64,000 nt of DNA from the human T2T-CHM13v2.0 reference genome, Homo sapiens. Each line of letters starts with the position of its first letter. Positions within the stretch are counted from its first letter, which is position 1. Shown in pieces: positions 35,509-51,823 of the stretch. A program made the position numbers and the translations under genes. The notes beneath the pieces are model-generated. The model ran no database searches. It saw only the letters and a program-made list of their open reading frames with translations, and was not told the DNA's origin. The DNA is taken from the NCBI RefSeq assembly GCF_009914755.1, contig NC_060939.1. One strand, given 5' to 3'.

Positions 35509-38307
35509 CTATCTCTGTTTTCTTATCTCTAGTGCGGAGACTGTACTTGAACTTGCCTTACATCCTTATTGGGCCATCTGAGGTTCACACAAGATAACAG
35601 CTATACACGGGCCTTGAAAAATGTTAAGGACACACACTTTGGGGATGGGGTTGGCTTCATGATCATATTTGTTAAAAGTGCAGTAGTTTTGGTAAAAAGA
35701 CCAAGAAGAAAAACAGGGAACCATGCCTTAATTGTATGTGGGAAATCCCCGTCTTATTTTATTGAGGAAAACTGCAGTCTTTAGTCACTTATATAAAATA
35801 ACAGTCATTTAGTTAGTCATGAAGGTGAGGTGATTTTCCAGGGTCACAGCTGACTACTGCTTGTTTTGTCTCCCAGACCTAGGAACAGATAAGCTGCCAG
35901 TGCCCGACTCGCCCCTCAGCGACCCACCAGCCACTTATGGGAAGTTGGCAGGAAGTTGGAGGTGGTGGGAGGGAGTGTCATTGACAGATCAAAGTATGAG
36001 GAAACGAAGGGAAAATAACAACTTCCAGGTTCCAAGCCCTACTGTACGCCAGGTTCTCTGCTGTACTTTATAAACATGAGGCCTAATCTGCACAATAGCC
36101 CTGAAAACCAGTTACCATTTTATGCTGAGGGATTTGTGGTTTGTTTGAGGCAAGCCAAGTCAGGCCCAGGCCCAGCCCTGCCAGGCCCCAGTGCCTGAGT
36201 TGCCCCGCTGCTTAGGAGAGGAAGGGAAGGAGGGCACGAACAACCATGCTAGGGTGGGGGGACAGGGCCAGGGCTGGAGAGGGTAGCAGGCAGCCGCCAC
36301 CACAGGGGACTCCTGTCCCTGCCTCCCAGACAGCCTCCCCAGGTAGCGTGGGCTTCCTCCTTCCTTCTGAGGCTCACAGCAGGAGGGCACTTTGCATCAC
36401 ATGAGACATTCTAGGGAAGGCTGACCCACCAAGCTGAGTAGCAGAGCTGCCTAGACCTCCTCCTACTAAGTTGCCCAGTGGCCTTGGGAGCTGAGGAAGC
36501 AGTGGGGGAGAGGGAGGAGCGGGTGCCACCTTGGCAGTGTCGTGAGTTTCAGCTGGAGTCGGCCAGCCCTCTGCTTCACTGTCATAGGCAGTGGTCGCCA
36601 TGTGGGAAGGGGCAAAAAGAAGCCGAAGCTCAGAGAGGAACAATGGATCTGTGTGTGATTGATCTACCCATGGTATGTCTTGGGTACCTACCATGTGCCA
36701 GGCTTTGTGCTGGGCACTTTGAGGGCTAAGACATGAGTAGGTTGCATCTGCTGTCTTCAAGTTGTCAGCAGGTAAGTGACCTCCACCCCGCAGAGAGGCA
36801 GTATAAGCTGGGGGACTTAAAGGACATGGCTCTCCTTCCTCTTGTGCCCTGCCCTTAGAGCATTTGGAACAGTTGGCATTTCCACTGTTGACGGTGGGGG
36901 CCTGGTTGCCAGGCTACCTGAGGCAGGCATGGAGTTGAATGTGACCCATGGGCCTCACCAGGCCTGAAGCAGTGTCTCTCCTGACGTCACGCATGACGGG
37001 TGCTGTAGAATGCTATAGGCCACCCCGCCAATGAGCAGGCTAGGTGGCTGGACCAAATATGGACAAATCTGAGCATCGCCATCCTGCCAGGTTATGACTG
37101 GATAGTGTTTGTGATGAGACGTGGCAGATGCCTTGGGGTAGAATTGATGTCATATCCTTGGTGCAGATGCCATACCTACAGGATAGTGTCCAGGTGGTTC
37201 CAGCATTCCTTGACCTGGGGTCAGCAAACTGCTGGCATCTTGGTAGCTTGGAATGGCCAGTTGGTGTTCCTCCTCACCACCAGGTAGAGAGGAAGTGCTG
37301 ATGAGGAAGTAGTTTCCCTAGAAAATGGGCTGAGAGGGCACGTCCAGGGTGCCACAGCTCTGAAGCAGCAGCGCTGGGAGTCACTCCCACACCACTCAAA
37401 CCCTGAGTTCACCTCTTGCTCACGGCACCACAGGCCTGTCTCCATGGTGTATCCATCTCAGAAGTGGAGGCTATGATCGTGGTGTATCCTTCGTCTCAGA
37501 ACTGGAGGCTGTGACATGTGCCTTTCTCTAGTTCCACTGTTTAGCACCCAGAATGGTCCCAATAAATGCTTGCTGCTGACTATAATGAACAATCAGCATG
37601 ATTGAATTATCCATTCTTCTGTCTCTCACCGCACTGAGCACAGTGATCCCCAGAAAGCTCTGGAACAAGCACAGCACTCACAGGGAGTTCTGGGGAAATT
37701 TTCAGGAGAAATTTCACTGCTGCCTGTGACCCACTCCAAGTGGGGAACTGATAAGGCAGATAAACATTCAAGGAAGACAAAACCCATTATGGCTCATACT
37801 GTTGAGGTAAACATCTCTGGAACAAAAAGATTTCTAACTGCCAGCCTGCACGCATGTATGAAGCCTTTTTTAAGCCACAGAATACAAGTGGCCCATCTGT
37901 CTCATGTTTATAGTTTTCTCACCACCGGTGAGCTTAGAGGGCCAGTGGTTCCTTCCAGCTCTGATGAAAGTGCTGCCTGTGGAGGGGCGCTCTGGGGGAG
38001 GAACAGGTGCTTAGACTGTGGAGGTGGCTGAAGCCAATATTGGGTCCCGAATCTGTAAAGCTTTGGAAGATGTTCCCACTGTGCCTGGTTCTCCATGGGT
38101 TAAGTGTATGTTTTCACAATACACTTTAAAGAAAACTGTGTTTACTCTCCCGCTCAGTTAAGTTTGGTTGGCAGGTTGAGCAGTTCAGCAGTGTACACAA
38201 ATCACATTCTCAGGAATTTTTGGATGCTCAGCTGATGCAACCAGAAGATACTTGTGTGATGACAATATGTTATTGTAAGTGGGAAGTCAGTATTTCTTAT
38301 CTTCTGA

Positions 38308-38457
<150 letters not shown>

Positions 38458-39349
38458 TGAGTATGCTGTGGGTGAGCCGGGATGCCCAGCCTCCAGCAAG
38501 ACCATGGCAGGCCCCACTCAGCCTCTGGCCCATGAGTCTCTGCCTGTTTGTTCATGGGGGGCACTCCCTGGCCACACTGATAGCTGTGTGATATAACAGG
38601 GATCCAAAGAGAGAACACTCACTGCCAGTTAAAGAATGGGAGGAACAGAAGGATGGATGGAGGGAGGGAAGGAGGGGATTTTGAAGCATAGTCTTACTGA
38701 GTGTCTGCTGCTTATCCCCCCCAGGCCCCTTTTTTCCCCCTATTTTCTTAAGTTGCCAGGTCTCCATTTTCTCCCTTTAAAGGGAAGAAGGAGAGAAAGG
38801 AGGACAAAAGGAAGAAATCAAGTCCTGTGGCTTCCGTTCCTTAGCCCTAGGGCCCACCCTGGGGAGCGAAAGGGTCTTAGTTTGCCCCACCCATGTTCTG
38901 CAGCTCCACCCTCTCCCCTGCTGGGGCCCTCTGGCTGGGACCCCTCTCCCCAGCAGTGTCCCTTACTCCTGGCTTTAGAGGCTGTAACTCCATGCCCTCA
39001 TCAGGGCGCCAGTTTTCCAGTAAGCTGAGCTGTTAGTGGGTGTGACTGGATTGTCCCGGGCTGCCTCCCCACGGCTTCTCTGCCTTTTCCCAGTGGCCTC
39101 CACCATGTGCCTTGTACCTTCATGCCACAGGAATTCTAGGCTCCATGGCAGACGTGGCAGAGTGAGCGGGTGGGTGAGGGGTGGGGGCAATTGCAAATAG
39201 GCTCTGTACCCCTGAATCATAAGCCATAAGGTCCTTTCCTGGGTTGTTGGCCTGTAAAATTGGCTTTGCAGAACCACAGTGCTATCAATAAATACGGCCA
39301 AGCTGATCTAGTGCTTGGTAGTTTGGGGCACCTGGCTCTTTCCTCTTGA

Positions 39350-39547
<198 letters not shown>

Positions 39548-40833
39548 TGTTAATGGGCTCTGCCCTCATCCCCACAGTCTTGGGATCTCAGGGCACAATG
39601 GCTGGACATGGGTGGGCTCTGATGCAGAACTTTCTCTTTTGAATGTTAAGAATAACTAATACAATTCATTGTGAACAGAAGTCCTTAAGCAGAGGAATTG
39701 GTGTGCCTTAAAGATACAATCTGGGATAGTTTGGGGGAACTTGTAGCCAGAATGCCCTGTTCATGCTGAGCAAAGTTCAGCAAGTAGAGCAGAGTTTGGC
39801 AGGCAGGTGCCAGGAACTCCCCTTCTTCCTGGAGTGCCTTCATTGAGGAAGGAAATCTGGCCCTTGGGTTTCCTGGTTCCACTGCTACTGACCCAGAGGG
39901 GAATGAGGGCTGAGTTATGAAAAGATAACTTCATGAAGACTTAACTGGCCCAGAAGCTGATTTTCATGAAAATCTGCCACTCAGGGTCTGGGATGAAGGC
40001 TTGTCAGCACTTCCAGTTTAGAACGCAATGTTTCTAGAGACATATTGGCTGTTTGTTTTGATGATAAAAGGAGAATAAGAAAAGGCATCACTTTCCTGGA
40101 TCCAGGATAATTTTTAAACCAATCAAATGAAAAAAACAAACAAACAAAAAAGGAAATGTCATGTGAGGTTAAACCAGTTTGCATTCCCCTAATGTGGAAA
40201 AAGTAAGAGGACTACTCAGCACTGTTTGAAGATTGCCTCTTCTACAGCTTCTGAGAATTGTGTTATTTCACTTGCCAAGTGAAGGACCCCCTCCCCAACA
40301 TGCCCCAGCCCACCCCTAAGCATGGTCCCTTGTCACCAGGCAACCAGGAAACTGCTACTTGTGGACCTCACCAGAGACCAGGAGGGTTTGGTTAGCTCAC
40401 AGGACTTCCCCCACCCCAGAAGATTAGCATCCCATACTAGACTCATACTCAACTCAACTAGGCTCATACTCAATTGATGGTTATTAGACAATTCCATTTC
40501 TTTCTGGTTATTATAAACAGAAAATCTTTCCTCTTCTCATTACCAGTAAAGGCTCTTGGTATCTTTCTGTTGGAATGATTTCTATGAACTTGTCTTATTT
40601 TAATGGTGGGTTTTTTTTCTGGTAAGATTTAGACCTAAATCGCATCATGCCAACTTGTGACTTTGAGACTATTCATCAAGAATGAGGATATAGTAGCCAT
40701 GACATAGCTTGAGCTATAGCCTTTAATTCCTTACTTTGGCTATGGGTGGAGGGTGAGTTTGAAGAGGTTCTGATTTTCTTGTAACCTGGGAAAGCCATGA
40801 CCTTGTGCCCGATTCTTTCAGATTGCTTTGGGT

Positions 40834-40839
40834 AATAAA
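40834..40839 (+). terminator. Candidate proximal SORD polyadenylation signal
   Basis: AATAAA about 1.3 kb after the stop, followed by GT-rich sequence. Confidence 0.55.
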
Positions 40840-42538
40840 TATTGGTGGTGGTATCTGACTCATGCTGCTGTTTATGGTCCTGTTTAGTGGGGAATGGACT
40901 CAGGTTACCCATTTCCCAGAGGGAAGGATCCCAGGATTTTTGAAGGTTACATATTTTCTGTACCAAATATAATTTCATTGACATGAATTATCTCTAATCC
41001 TCATGACAAGCCACATACACAATCATTTTGTAGATAAAGAAGATATAAATGCCAGAGGAGACCTTAAGATTGTCTTACAACACAACCCTTCAGTTAACGA
41101 GAGAGGAAATTGAGGCTCAGATTGGGGAAGTGACTTGGCAAATCACACAGTGGGTTAGTCAATGGCCCAGGATTAGACAGAACCCAGGAATCCTGACATC
41201 AAATCCTTTACAACATGCTGCCTCTCATAGGCCTGAGGTGTCCAGTCCTAGAGGACAAATGATGCTCCCCATGCCACCACCCCCACCAAGCAGCTCCTAC
41301 TGATGAGAAGATGCACTAAGCAGTCTTGGTGGAAACATCTTCCTCACGCCCTGTGCCCCCTTTCAGGTGCCCAGAGAAGGAGCTCCAGTGTCTGCTTCAG
41401 CCAGGGCTTTAAGAGAGAAGGAAGCTGGGAGTGAGGGGCAGAGGCTCTACCAGAGAATGTCTGCTGGTGTCTTGGAGGCACTTCCTGCAGCCTATGCATG
41501 CCTCGTGAAGCCATTTCACTGCTGCCCCTTCATCCTCCTCCTCCCTGAGCCCTAGGTAGAAGTCAGTGTGTGGAGGAGGCCACCCAGAGATGACCCTGAC
41601 CAGGCCCCACCGCCTGTAGCCAGACCCAGCCTCTGTCCCAGCTGGCTGCTAATTTCTGAGCATTTCTTCCCTGTTATTTGGCCTCTGTACCTTGAACCTA
41701 GGTTGACATCATGAGCAGAGGACAGTTCTTAGGAAAGGCAAATATCCCATAAATCCTATTTGCCTCTCTTTCTCCTAACCTCTGGCTCCACCAACTCCCC
41801 AACAGGCCTCCTGCACACACAATAGGAGTCAGGAGGGAGGAGGCAGGACTGTGCTACACAAGGGAGACTGGGTGGGGAAGATGTCAGAGAACCAGTGACT
41901 GAGTGCAGAGGTGACTTCACACCAGCATCTGCTGTAGCCAGAGGTGGGCTGCAAGAGGGAATTAGAGGAGCCAACATGTCCTCTTTCTCCTTTAGGGTCC
42001 ATGGAGCAGTCCGCTGCTTCCAGGTTGCCTGTGGGGTCCTTCCCAGCTCTCCGCCCTGACACGTCTTCACTCCCTAGCACTCGTGGAGCTGACTGGGTGG
42101 GGACCTCAGTGTTGACTGAAAGCGTGAATCAAGTGCCAGGCACTGGTGACAGAGCACACAGAGGCTGCTGGGCCTCCCAAGGTCGGGGAGCTTGTGGGGA
42201 ATTCACATTCTTGGTTCCGGGACTGATTCACTGAGTCAATCAATATTGATTGAGCACTTAGTTGGTTGTGGTGGTGGTAGGAATGAATTCCTGGGCTTCC
42301 TGCAGCCCCTTTCCATGAATCTATACATATCAAACATGTGCATGCATTTGTAAACATTAATGGGAGTGTACTTTACTTTTTTCATTTTACTCATAAACAG
42401 ACGAGGACTTTAAAAAAATCACAATTATTAAATAATTCCCATTACTATACCTGACAAAACTAATAATAATTTCATAATAGCTAATACCCCGTCAATCCAT
42501 GCCATATTTTCCCTCATCTAAAAAACAGAAAAAATTAC

Positions 42539-42804
42539 TTTTTTTTCCCCCAAAGACAGGGTCTTGATCAGAGCTCACTGCAATATCAAACTCCTGGGTT
42601 CAAGTGATCCTCCTGTCTCAGCCTCTGGAGTAGCTGGGATTATAGGCATGCACCACCATGCCTGGCTACTTTTTGTAGAGAAAAAAATTTAAAAAGGTCT
42701 CACTATGTGGCCCAGAGTGTTCTTGAATTCCTGGCCTCAAGCAATCTTCCTGCCTCAGTTTCCCAAAGCACTGAGATTACAGGCATGAGCCACCATGCCC
42801 AGCC
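42539..42804 (-). mobile_element. AluJ
   Basis: Reverse Alu. Confidence 0.8.
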
Positions 42805-43170
42805 AAAACTTTACTTTTTTACACTTGCTTTTCTGGAATCAGGATCTAAACATATTGCATGCGGTTGATATATTAAGCCTGTTTTATTTTTTATTTTTTC
42901 TTCTTTCTTAAGCCTCTTTATTATAGTTCCCCCTACATTTTGGTTCACATGCCACTGTTATGTTGAAGAAACTGGGTCCTTTGTCTTCTGGATACCGTTT
43001 TACAAACATACTTGTTTTCATTTAATAAATGGCTAAATTTCTTTCTATGTCAATAATTATACACATCATTATTTTAAATCACCACATCCCATTGTGTGGA
43101 TAGACTATCATTTATAAAGCAAATTGCAGTATTTTGAGTGTTTGGATAGTTTACAGAGTTTTGCTCTAAT

Positions 43171-43176
43171 AATAAA
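43171..43176 (+). terminator. Candidate distal SORD polyadenylation signal (long 3' UTR)
   Basis: AATAAA followed by U/GU-rich tracts; a second AATAAA at 43024. Confidence 0.45.
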
Positions 43177-44500
43177 GTTGCAATGACAACCCTTGTTGCA
43201 TATTTTTGTTCTCCTGACTCATTATTTCCTGAAGTTATTAATATGTTATTTCCTGAAGTTATTAATATGTTATTTCTTGAAGTTATATTTTAGAATGAAA
43301 ATAGCTGGGGTTAAGGGTACACACATTTTTAAGGTGACCTGGTTAGACAAGAAAACACAGTATTGACATTCAGACTGTCTAAGAAAATCTCTGGGGGTGC
43401 CCCAGGCTTTGTGTGATGTGGGAAGACTCTGGGGTCTTGGGTAGCTCACAGGGGCTGTTGAGGATGAGGCCATGAAGCCACTGGCTCTCTGGCTTCAGGC
43501 CACCCTTGGGAAAGCAGGGGCCTAGACCCATAAACTTGGACAGATTGCCATTTTCCAGGCCCCAGTTTCCTTATCAGTAAAATTGGTTGTCCCTTTTAGC
43601 TCTGGGACTACTGCCAGGACATGACAACAAACAGCTCCTGTAAAGGACTGGCACAGAATTCACAGGGAACTGTGGCCCAGCTACTGTGGAGCAGTGAGCC
43701 GCCATCAATGAACTTATACTGGAAGCCTTCCCTACCCCTGTCCCTCCACCTCAATTCCAGGGGACACTGGGTACCGTTCACCAAACTTTTTTTTTCTCCT
43801 CCAGGTTTATCTTACAACCAAATCCAAGCAGAGGCTGCCCCACCCCAACACCCCATTTTACACAAGGGGGGAATGCCAACAGAATTCAGCAGCCTGACTC
43901 GCTCACCCCTCACCACTTCCATTGCTCAGGGCATTGTGGGGAGGGAAAAATCCCACCTCAGCCCAATACACTTCCAGAGTTCCCTACTACAGGCATTCTG
44001 CAATAGTTACACCAGACCTGAGCTCACTGACATGGTTGGGATGGAAGAGGCTGGGCAAATGGCAGCTTCAGCTAACCTTGAGGCTGCCATGTTCACTCTT
44101 CCCCACTGGTCCTCAGGAAGGTGAGAATCCCTGATCCCCTGTGGCACACAGCAGAGGGCCCAGGAGGAAGAAGCCAGAGGGAGGCAAAACAGAGAGCCCA
44201 GGAAGCTTGCCCACCTACAGAGAGCAAAATGCCCTATCCATTCCCACTGCCACAGCAACAGATGGGTGACTCGGAAGTTGGGGAGCCTCCGTGATGGCTT
44301 CAGGGATCTTCCCAGAAAGTACAGAACACATGTTGCTGTCTTTCTCCTGGCTAGGCCCACCCAAGTTAGTGAATATCCAGGAGCCCCTTCCCCTTGTGCC
44401 TGACCTGGCGATTTCAGGAAACTAAAGTCTGGGACTCCTGATCTATCTTTTGGCCCAGTAACAATGTTATTCAGGACAAAAATATTTCTGCTTGTAATAA

Positions 44501-44980
<480 letters not shown>

Positions 44981-45103
44981 CATTCACCAAACTTTAACAA
45001 ATCACCAGGAAGAAGTAAGGGTGGTATGTGTAGAATGTTCCTTATTGGTTCTGACCTCTCCAAGTAGGTGCAAATCCATGTGGCATAAAATGACTTGGAT
45101 TGG

Positions 45104-45541
45104 GTACTGGCTTAGTCCATTTTGTGTTACTATAACAGAATACTTGGGACTGAGTGATTTACAAATAAAGGGGTTTATTTAGCTCACAGTTTTGCAGGCC
45201 GGGAAGTTTAAGGGCATGGCACTGCCTTCTGGTAAGGGCTTTTGTGCTACACCATAACATTGCAGAGAAAGTCAAAGGGGAAGCAGACATGTGTGAAGAG
45301 GCCAAACTCAAGGGACGTCCTGGCTTGGTAACAACCCACTCTTGTGGATCTAATCCGTTCCTGAGAGAATCCAGTCTTGCTAGAGTGAGAACTCACTACC
45401 GCGAAAATGGCACCAAGCCATTCGGGAGGAATCTGTCCTTATGACCCAAACACCTCCCATTAGCCATCTGCTCCCAACACTGCCACATTGGGGATCAAAT
45501 TTCAACATGAGTTTTGGTGGGGACAAACTCAAACCATAGCA
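45104..45541. mobile_element. MST-family MaLR LTR
   Basis: cttagtccattttgtgttactataac start and atcaaatttcaacatgagttttgg...caaaccatagca end. Confidence 0.75.
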
Positions 45542-47518
45542 GGTGTTAATATGCAGATCTTAGATGCTCAGACCCCAAGAGACTTGGCAATTTGTAGAAC
45601 CCTTAAGGAACTTTGCCTTCTGAGTGATTTGAAAGCATTTGTCACATTGCTGTTTCATTCTGTGGGCACATATGTGTATGTAACGCTGTGCTTATATAGC
45701 TTAACAATACTGTGTAGATTTTCGAGTGCTCTTGCATATTTGTGCTATCTGTTTTCAGGAATACCAAAGGGAATCATATCTCTTGCCACTCATCATGTGA
45801 GATGGGATAGGGCTGCCAGCGCTGACAGTATTAAGGTCTAATGATTCTCAGGAACTTCTGGAAAAACTGTTATCAGTAAGCAGAAGGAGTCCAACACATG
45901 ATCTGTGAGAAGGTGAATGCGGAAAAAGCTGGGAGGCAAGGAACTAGTCATCCAGGGCAGACTGAAGAAAGTGACTCAGCTCTGGCCTTTGGGGACTGGG
46001 GCTGCTGGTTCTGGGGAGCAGCTGGGCTTTCAGCACAGCACAGGGACAGACAGGCTCTAGCCAGAGCTCTCCTGGGCCAACCCCAACTTGCCTTCCCCTG
46101 CACCACACACTAAATCCCCACACCCTGCTGAACACCCAACAAAACTAGGACCTGAGGAAGGCCCTTGCTCCTGCCATGCTGCCTTCTTCCGGAATGGGGT
46201 TCCAGAGGGAATGATGCTTCTGAAGGGAAGACAGACATTGCCAAGGTGGTTGGCTGGGGAAGTTTCTGTCATCCAGTCTGTATCTGGCCATGGGCCTGTG
46301 GCTGACTGGAGGGACAGCTCTCCTGCATTTGGAAGAGGCACTGGAAGAGGCATTTGGAAGAGGCACTGGGTTGTGTAGATGTCTTGGGCTCCCTATAGTA
46401 AGAAAGAGGTGGGTACACGTTAGGCTACTCTGCTTCCTGATGACCTCGAGCAACTCACTTGACTCCTTCAAGCTTCAGGTTCCTCATCCTTTAAGTCGGA
46501 AAAATAAAACAAGCCTCAGGCTTGTCATAGGGACAGAATAAAGAAGCCTGATGCTCTTCCCCTGGTGAATGGCACTCTGATTATGTTTATTAAGTGCTTG
46601 TACCCCTGCCCTTGTCTCACCAAATTTTCTCTCTTGACCTGTTAAATGAGTAGGATGAATGACCCTCAAGACTTTTCCAGCTCTGAGCCCTGAGTCTGCA
46701 AAGGTGCTTGAAGGTACGTGAAGAGTTCCCAGGGTGGCAGAAAAGGCCTCAGCCTGGCCTTGACCCAGCATTCTCAGCAATTCCACAAACCTGCCAGGGA
46801 AAGAGAGTTGGCAGCAGACCTGGAGGCCAGGCAGGGAGGAGGAGAGGAACCAGGTGTCAGCACTTAGGAGCTGCCTCTTACCAGCCTGCTCTGCTCTGCT
46901 CCCCTGATGCCCCCCCAAAGAGCCGCTGGACCCAGGAGCTCTGGGTGGTTGGTTCACATGAACGGGGACCCCTAGAAGCCATGACCAAGTCTCACATCTA
47001 CATTATGGAGGTTTCCCTAACTGGCTGGCACAGTGCCTGGCATGTAGAAGGAGCTCTGGAAATGTCTGTAGCCTCACAAGCAACCAGACCTCACTCCCAG
47101 CTCCCAGCTATTTCCATCGTGCCCCTTAGCCTGAGCTAAACCCAGAGCAGCCGGGAATCCTCAGGCCGGCAGTCTCAACATGTAGTGACTCTTTGTGGAA
47201 GGGGAAGCCAAACCTCAAGGACCAGGAGAGGCACGTCCAGAGACTGCAGCAAGAGGAGGGCTCACCTGGCCTAGAGCCCCCTGCCCCAGAAACCCACCAG
47301 AGATACCCTAGGGTGCAAATAAGACAACTGAGCTGGACGTCACTGAGGGAAAAAGAGTAGGACCAGCTGCTCCATCCAGACAGTTTTGGCTTTTAAGGGG
47401 GAATTGTGGGGGACCCTGTGGTGTGGTGAAAACAATACCGGACCAGAGGCAGGGTTCTGAGTTCTGGGCCAGGGTCCCCAACCCATTAATTTTAGGAGAG
47501 CTAATAGTGAGTACGTTC

Positions 47519-47763
<245 letters not shown>

Positions 47764-48896
47764 TAGAATGCTAAGCTTCTGTGAACAAGAATAAGGAATG
47801 AATCACAACAGCTGAACCTGGGTGCCCACTATAGACCAGACACTATTCTGAGAATACCAAATATCTTAACTCACATAACCCTCACAATAACCCTTTGAGA
47901 GTAATATCATTGCCCCCATTTTAAGGCTGAGAAAACTGATGTACAGAGGGATTAAATGATTTGCCCCAGATCTCGCCTACTTCCTACATACATATGTTTG
48001 AATATGTGTAGAAAATAATGTCCAGGCTGATGGACATCAAACTATTAATAGTAGTTAGCTCTGGAAGAAAGGACTTTGCGGTTTTGTGTTGTTTGCCCAG
48101 CGGGATGGTTGGGGACAGGAGGACTTTCATTTTTTACTGTATAAATTCCTCTATAATTTGAAAAATTTTAAAAAAGCATGTTCATGTGTCATTTTTGTAA
48201 GTTAAGAAAAACTAATAAGAATGTCACACCTTGCTGTGGCTTTCAGGCTCAGCTGCAACATTTTCATTCCAGAAAGCCCTTGACTGCAGCAATTTCCTAG
48301 GAGCAGTGGAAGGCAGGGAAGCACCCACTCACCACTACAAGCCTAGCAGACCCCTGGGCAGCCTGGGCAGGGCGATCTGTGATACCATAGCCCGTGTAGG
48401 TTTGTTATGAGGCCTCAAGGACCGTGGGAGGACAGTTAAACAGATCCCGAAAGCGCTGGTTCCGAAAAGCCAGCTGCTTCCTTTCACTGGCACTCGGTCT
48501 TTTAACTAACCACCTACTTTATCTGATGGTCAGCGGAGTAACAGTAGGGCAGTCCTTGACACCTCCTTTTAGGTTGTGTGCCTGTATTTTTGGTTTTAGC
48601 CGTGTTTTGTGGACGCTGAGTCACTGAGCTTTGTTTTCGAATCAAGATTACGAGCCTTCCACTTTTCTGAGGAGTTCTTCTGGTTTATGGCTGTGACTAT
48701 GATGCCTGCACGTCCATCCTGCCTTGGATGTACCTTTATTACTTCCTTCATTTGCTTTCTTTCCTTCTGTATCACCCCCTGTGATTTCTGTAGAGGACTT
48801 TGTTTCCTGGGTCCTTTTAAATTAGGTCAGAAGGAAATATTATTTTATCTTTCTAGTTTTTAAACTGGATTTACCTTAAGAAGCTTTAACAGACTA

Positions 48897-49226
<330 letters not shown>

Positions 49227-49456
49227 TTAATACACTATTTTTTATCATTCCTACTATTGATATCTATTAATAAGTAGGTTATCTTTTGACTTTGTTTTAA
49301 GGAAATGTAGATGTGAGTGTTTTCTCCTCCAGCCTTACTCACCCTGTGGTATTATATCCCTGTCTAAAAACTGCTGAATCTCCCTGTTTACCTCCTGGGT
49401 AGTTCTCACAGTATCATATCTGATAACACTGTTTAATCAGACCTCATGCCATTTGA

Positions 49457-49993
<537 letters not shown>

Positions 49994-50744
49994 TAAGGCT
50001 TGAGAAATAATGTCCAAAGACATCTTATTCTAGCCTCTTAAAATATCTCCTTCTTAGCCCCTGTAACCACTCACAAATACTACATCCACATTTATATTAT
50101 CTTATTTGATCTTATCTCTGAATTCAGAGTTGGCAAGTAGATATGTAGAGAAATGTCGTGGAGGATCATATTGCTCTCTGAGCTTTACAAACCTTCTCTC
50201 ATTTTACCCCACATTCGGCAGGAAATTGAGGCTCATTGTAGTAATGGAACCTAAATAAACATAATTGGTATGTCAGGATTTGAGCGCCAGGCTGGTTGCT
50301 CCAAAGGCCATTCCCTCAACCACAATGACTCTGTATTTTCTTCATGATATTCTTGGTCACCCTGTTGCCCTTGTACCTTGTAATCTCTTTGTTTAGCTGC
50401 TATACCCATCAGGGATTTTTCTTTTTGCATTATGATCAACTCTGTTTAATTTGGCTCTATTTAGACTTTCTATGCTGGTGTTCTTGGCATTGCTAATTAT
50501 TTGCTCTCTTCTATAATGAGGTTTTAACTCAGCGAAAAATAAAAAGTCCCTACCTTACCTCAAACTCCATTTTCCTAGAGGACTCCATTGTTAACAATTT
50601 AGAGTATATCCTTGCAGACATACCCCAAACACTATACCCACACATGTATACTCTCTCTATATATATACACACACACACTACACATACATACATATACATA
50701 CACATTAATTTAATTTTACAAAAATGGGATTATATCCTGGTTAT

Positions 50745-51072
50745 ACAGTCAGCCCTTCATATCTATGGGTTCTGCAACCATAGGTTTAACCAACTGAGAA
50801 TTGAAAATATTCAGAAAAAAATTCCACCAAGTTCCAAAAAGAAAAGCTTGGATTTGCTGCGCACTGAGTACTATGTTGAATCCACACAAACGAAGTGATG
50901 TGTTGGTGTCATATGAGGTGTTGTAAGTAATCTAGAGATGATTTAAAATATACGGAAGAATGTATGTAGGTTATATGCAAATATTACACCATTTTATATA
51001 AGGGCATCTACAGATTTTGGTATCCTTAGGGGGTCCTGGAACCAATCCCCCATGGATACCAAGGAATTGCCA
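50745..51072. mobile_element. MER2-type TcMar-Tigger DNA transposon
   Basis: ta|cagtcagcccttcatatctatggg...ggtcctggaaccaatcccccatggatacc. Confidence 0.7.
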
Positions 51073-51823
51073 TATATATTTCCATGTCAGTAAATGTAAA
51101 TCATATTTATTCCTTTTCATGCCAACATATTGAATGGATGTATACAACATAACAGCCATTGCACATAACATAGCACCTGTTGTATGGATGCACCATGTAT
51201 CATCAGGCATCATTCATCATTCTCCTGTTAGGGTGTTTTGGTTTCTTCCAATATGTTGCTATTACAAATCAATGAATTTCCTTATACATAAATCTTTCCA
51301 TATAAGTGCAAATTTTTCTATAGGATTCTTAGAAGTAGGACCATTATGCTGAATGATATTAACACAATTATCAAGCATCACTCCTATGCTTCCTTGGGGG
51401 TAGGCAAAAATATTTTTCCCTTTTTCTTTCAGAATAAATGCTACTGAATGAGTTGGAGATTTGTTCTTCAGTATTTGTCCCATTGTTTTTTCCTTCATTG
51501 GCTTCCCTTTTCCTTTTGATGGTGAAACGTTGATCTTTTAAATTTTGTTTTGACACAATCATCAAAATTAAAAAGCAATAAAAGTTTGATTTTGACAACA
51601 GTCATCACTGTAACACATCAGCTTTGGATTTTTCTCTGCTGGCCTTCAGTCTTTATGCATGCGTAATCATAATCTTAAAAATCTCTACTTTTAATCCATG
51701 ATTATGAAAGCAGTACATACTTGTTATTTTAAAATCTCAGAAATGCATCACACAGAAAATAAAAGTCGCTCTTAGTTCTACTCCACCCACAGAGATAAAT
51801 ACTGTTAACAATTTATAAGTAAA

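Noticed and set aside
46325-46369. Three GGAAGAGGCA repeats as an array
   Set aside because: Simple short slippage duplication without spacers; nothing CRISPR-like.
48380-48440. Possible 5S rRNA fragment
   Set aside because: It does not align with the 5S sequence on inspection.
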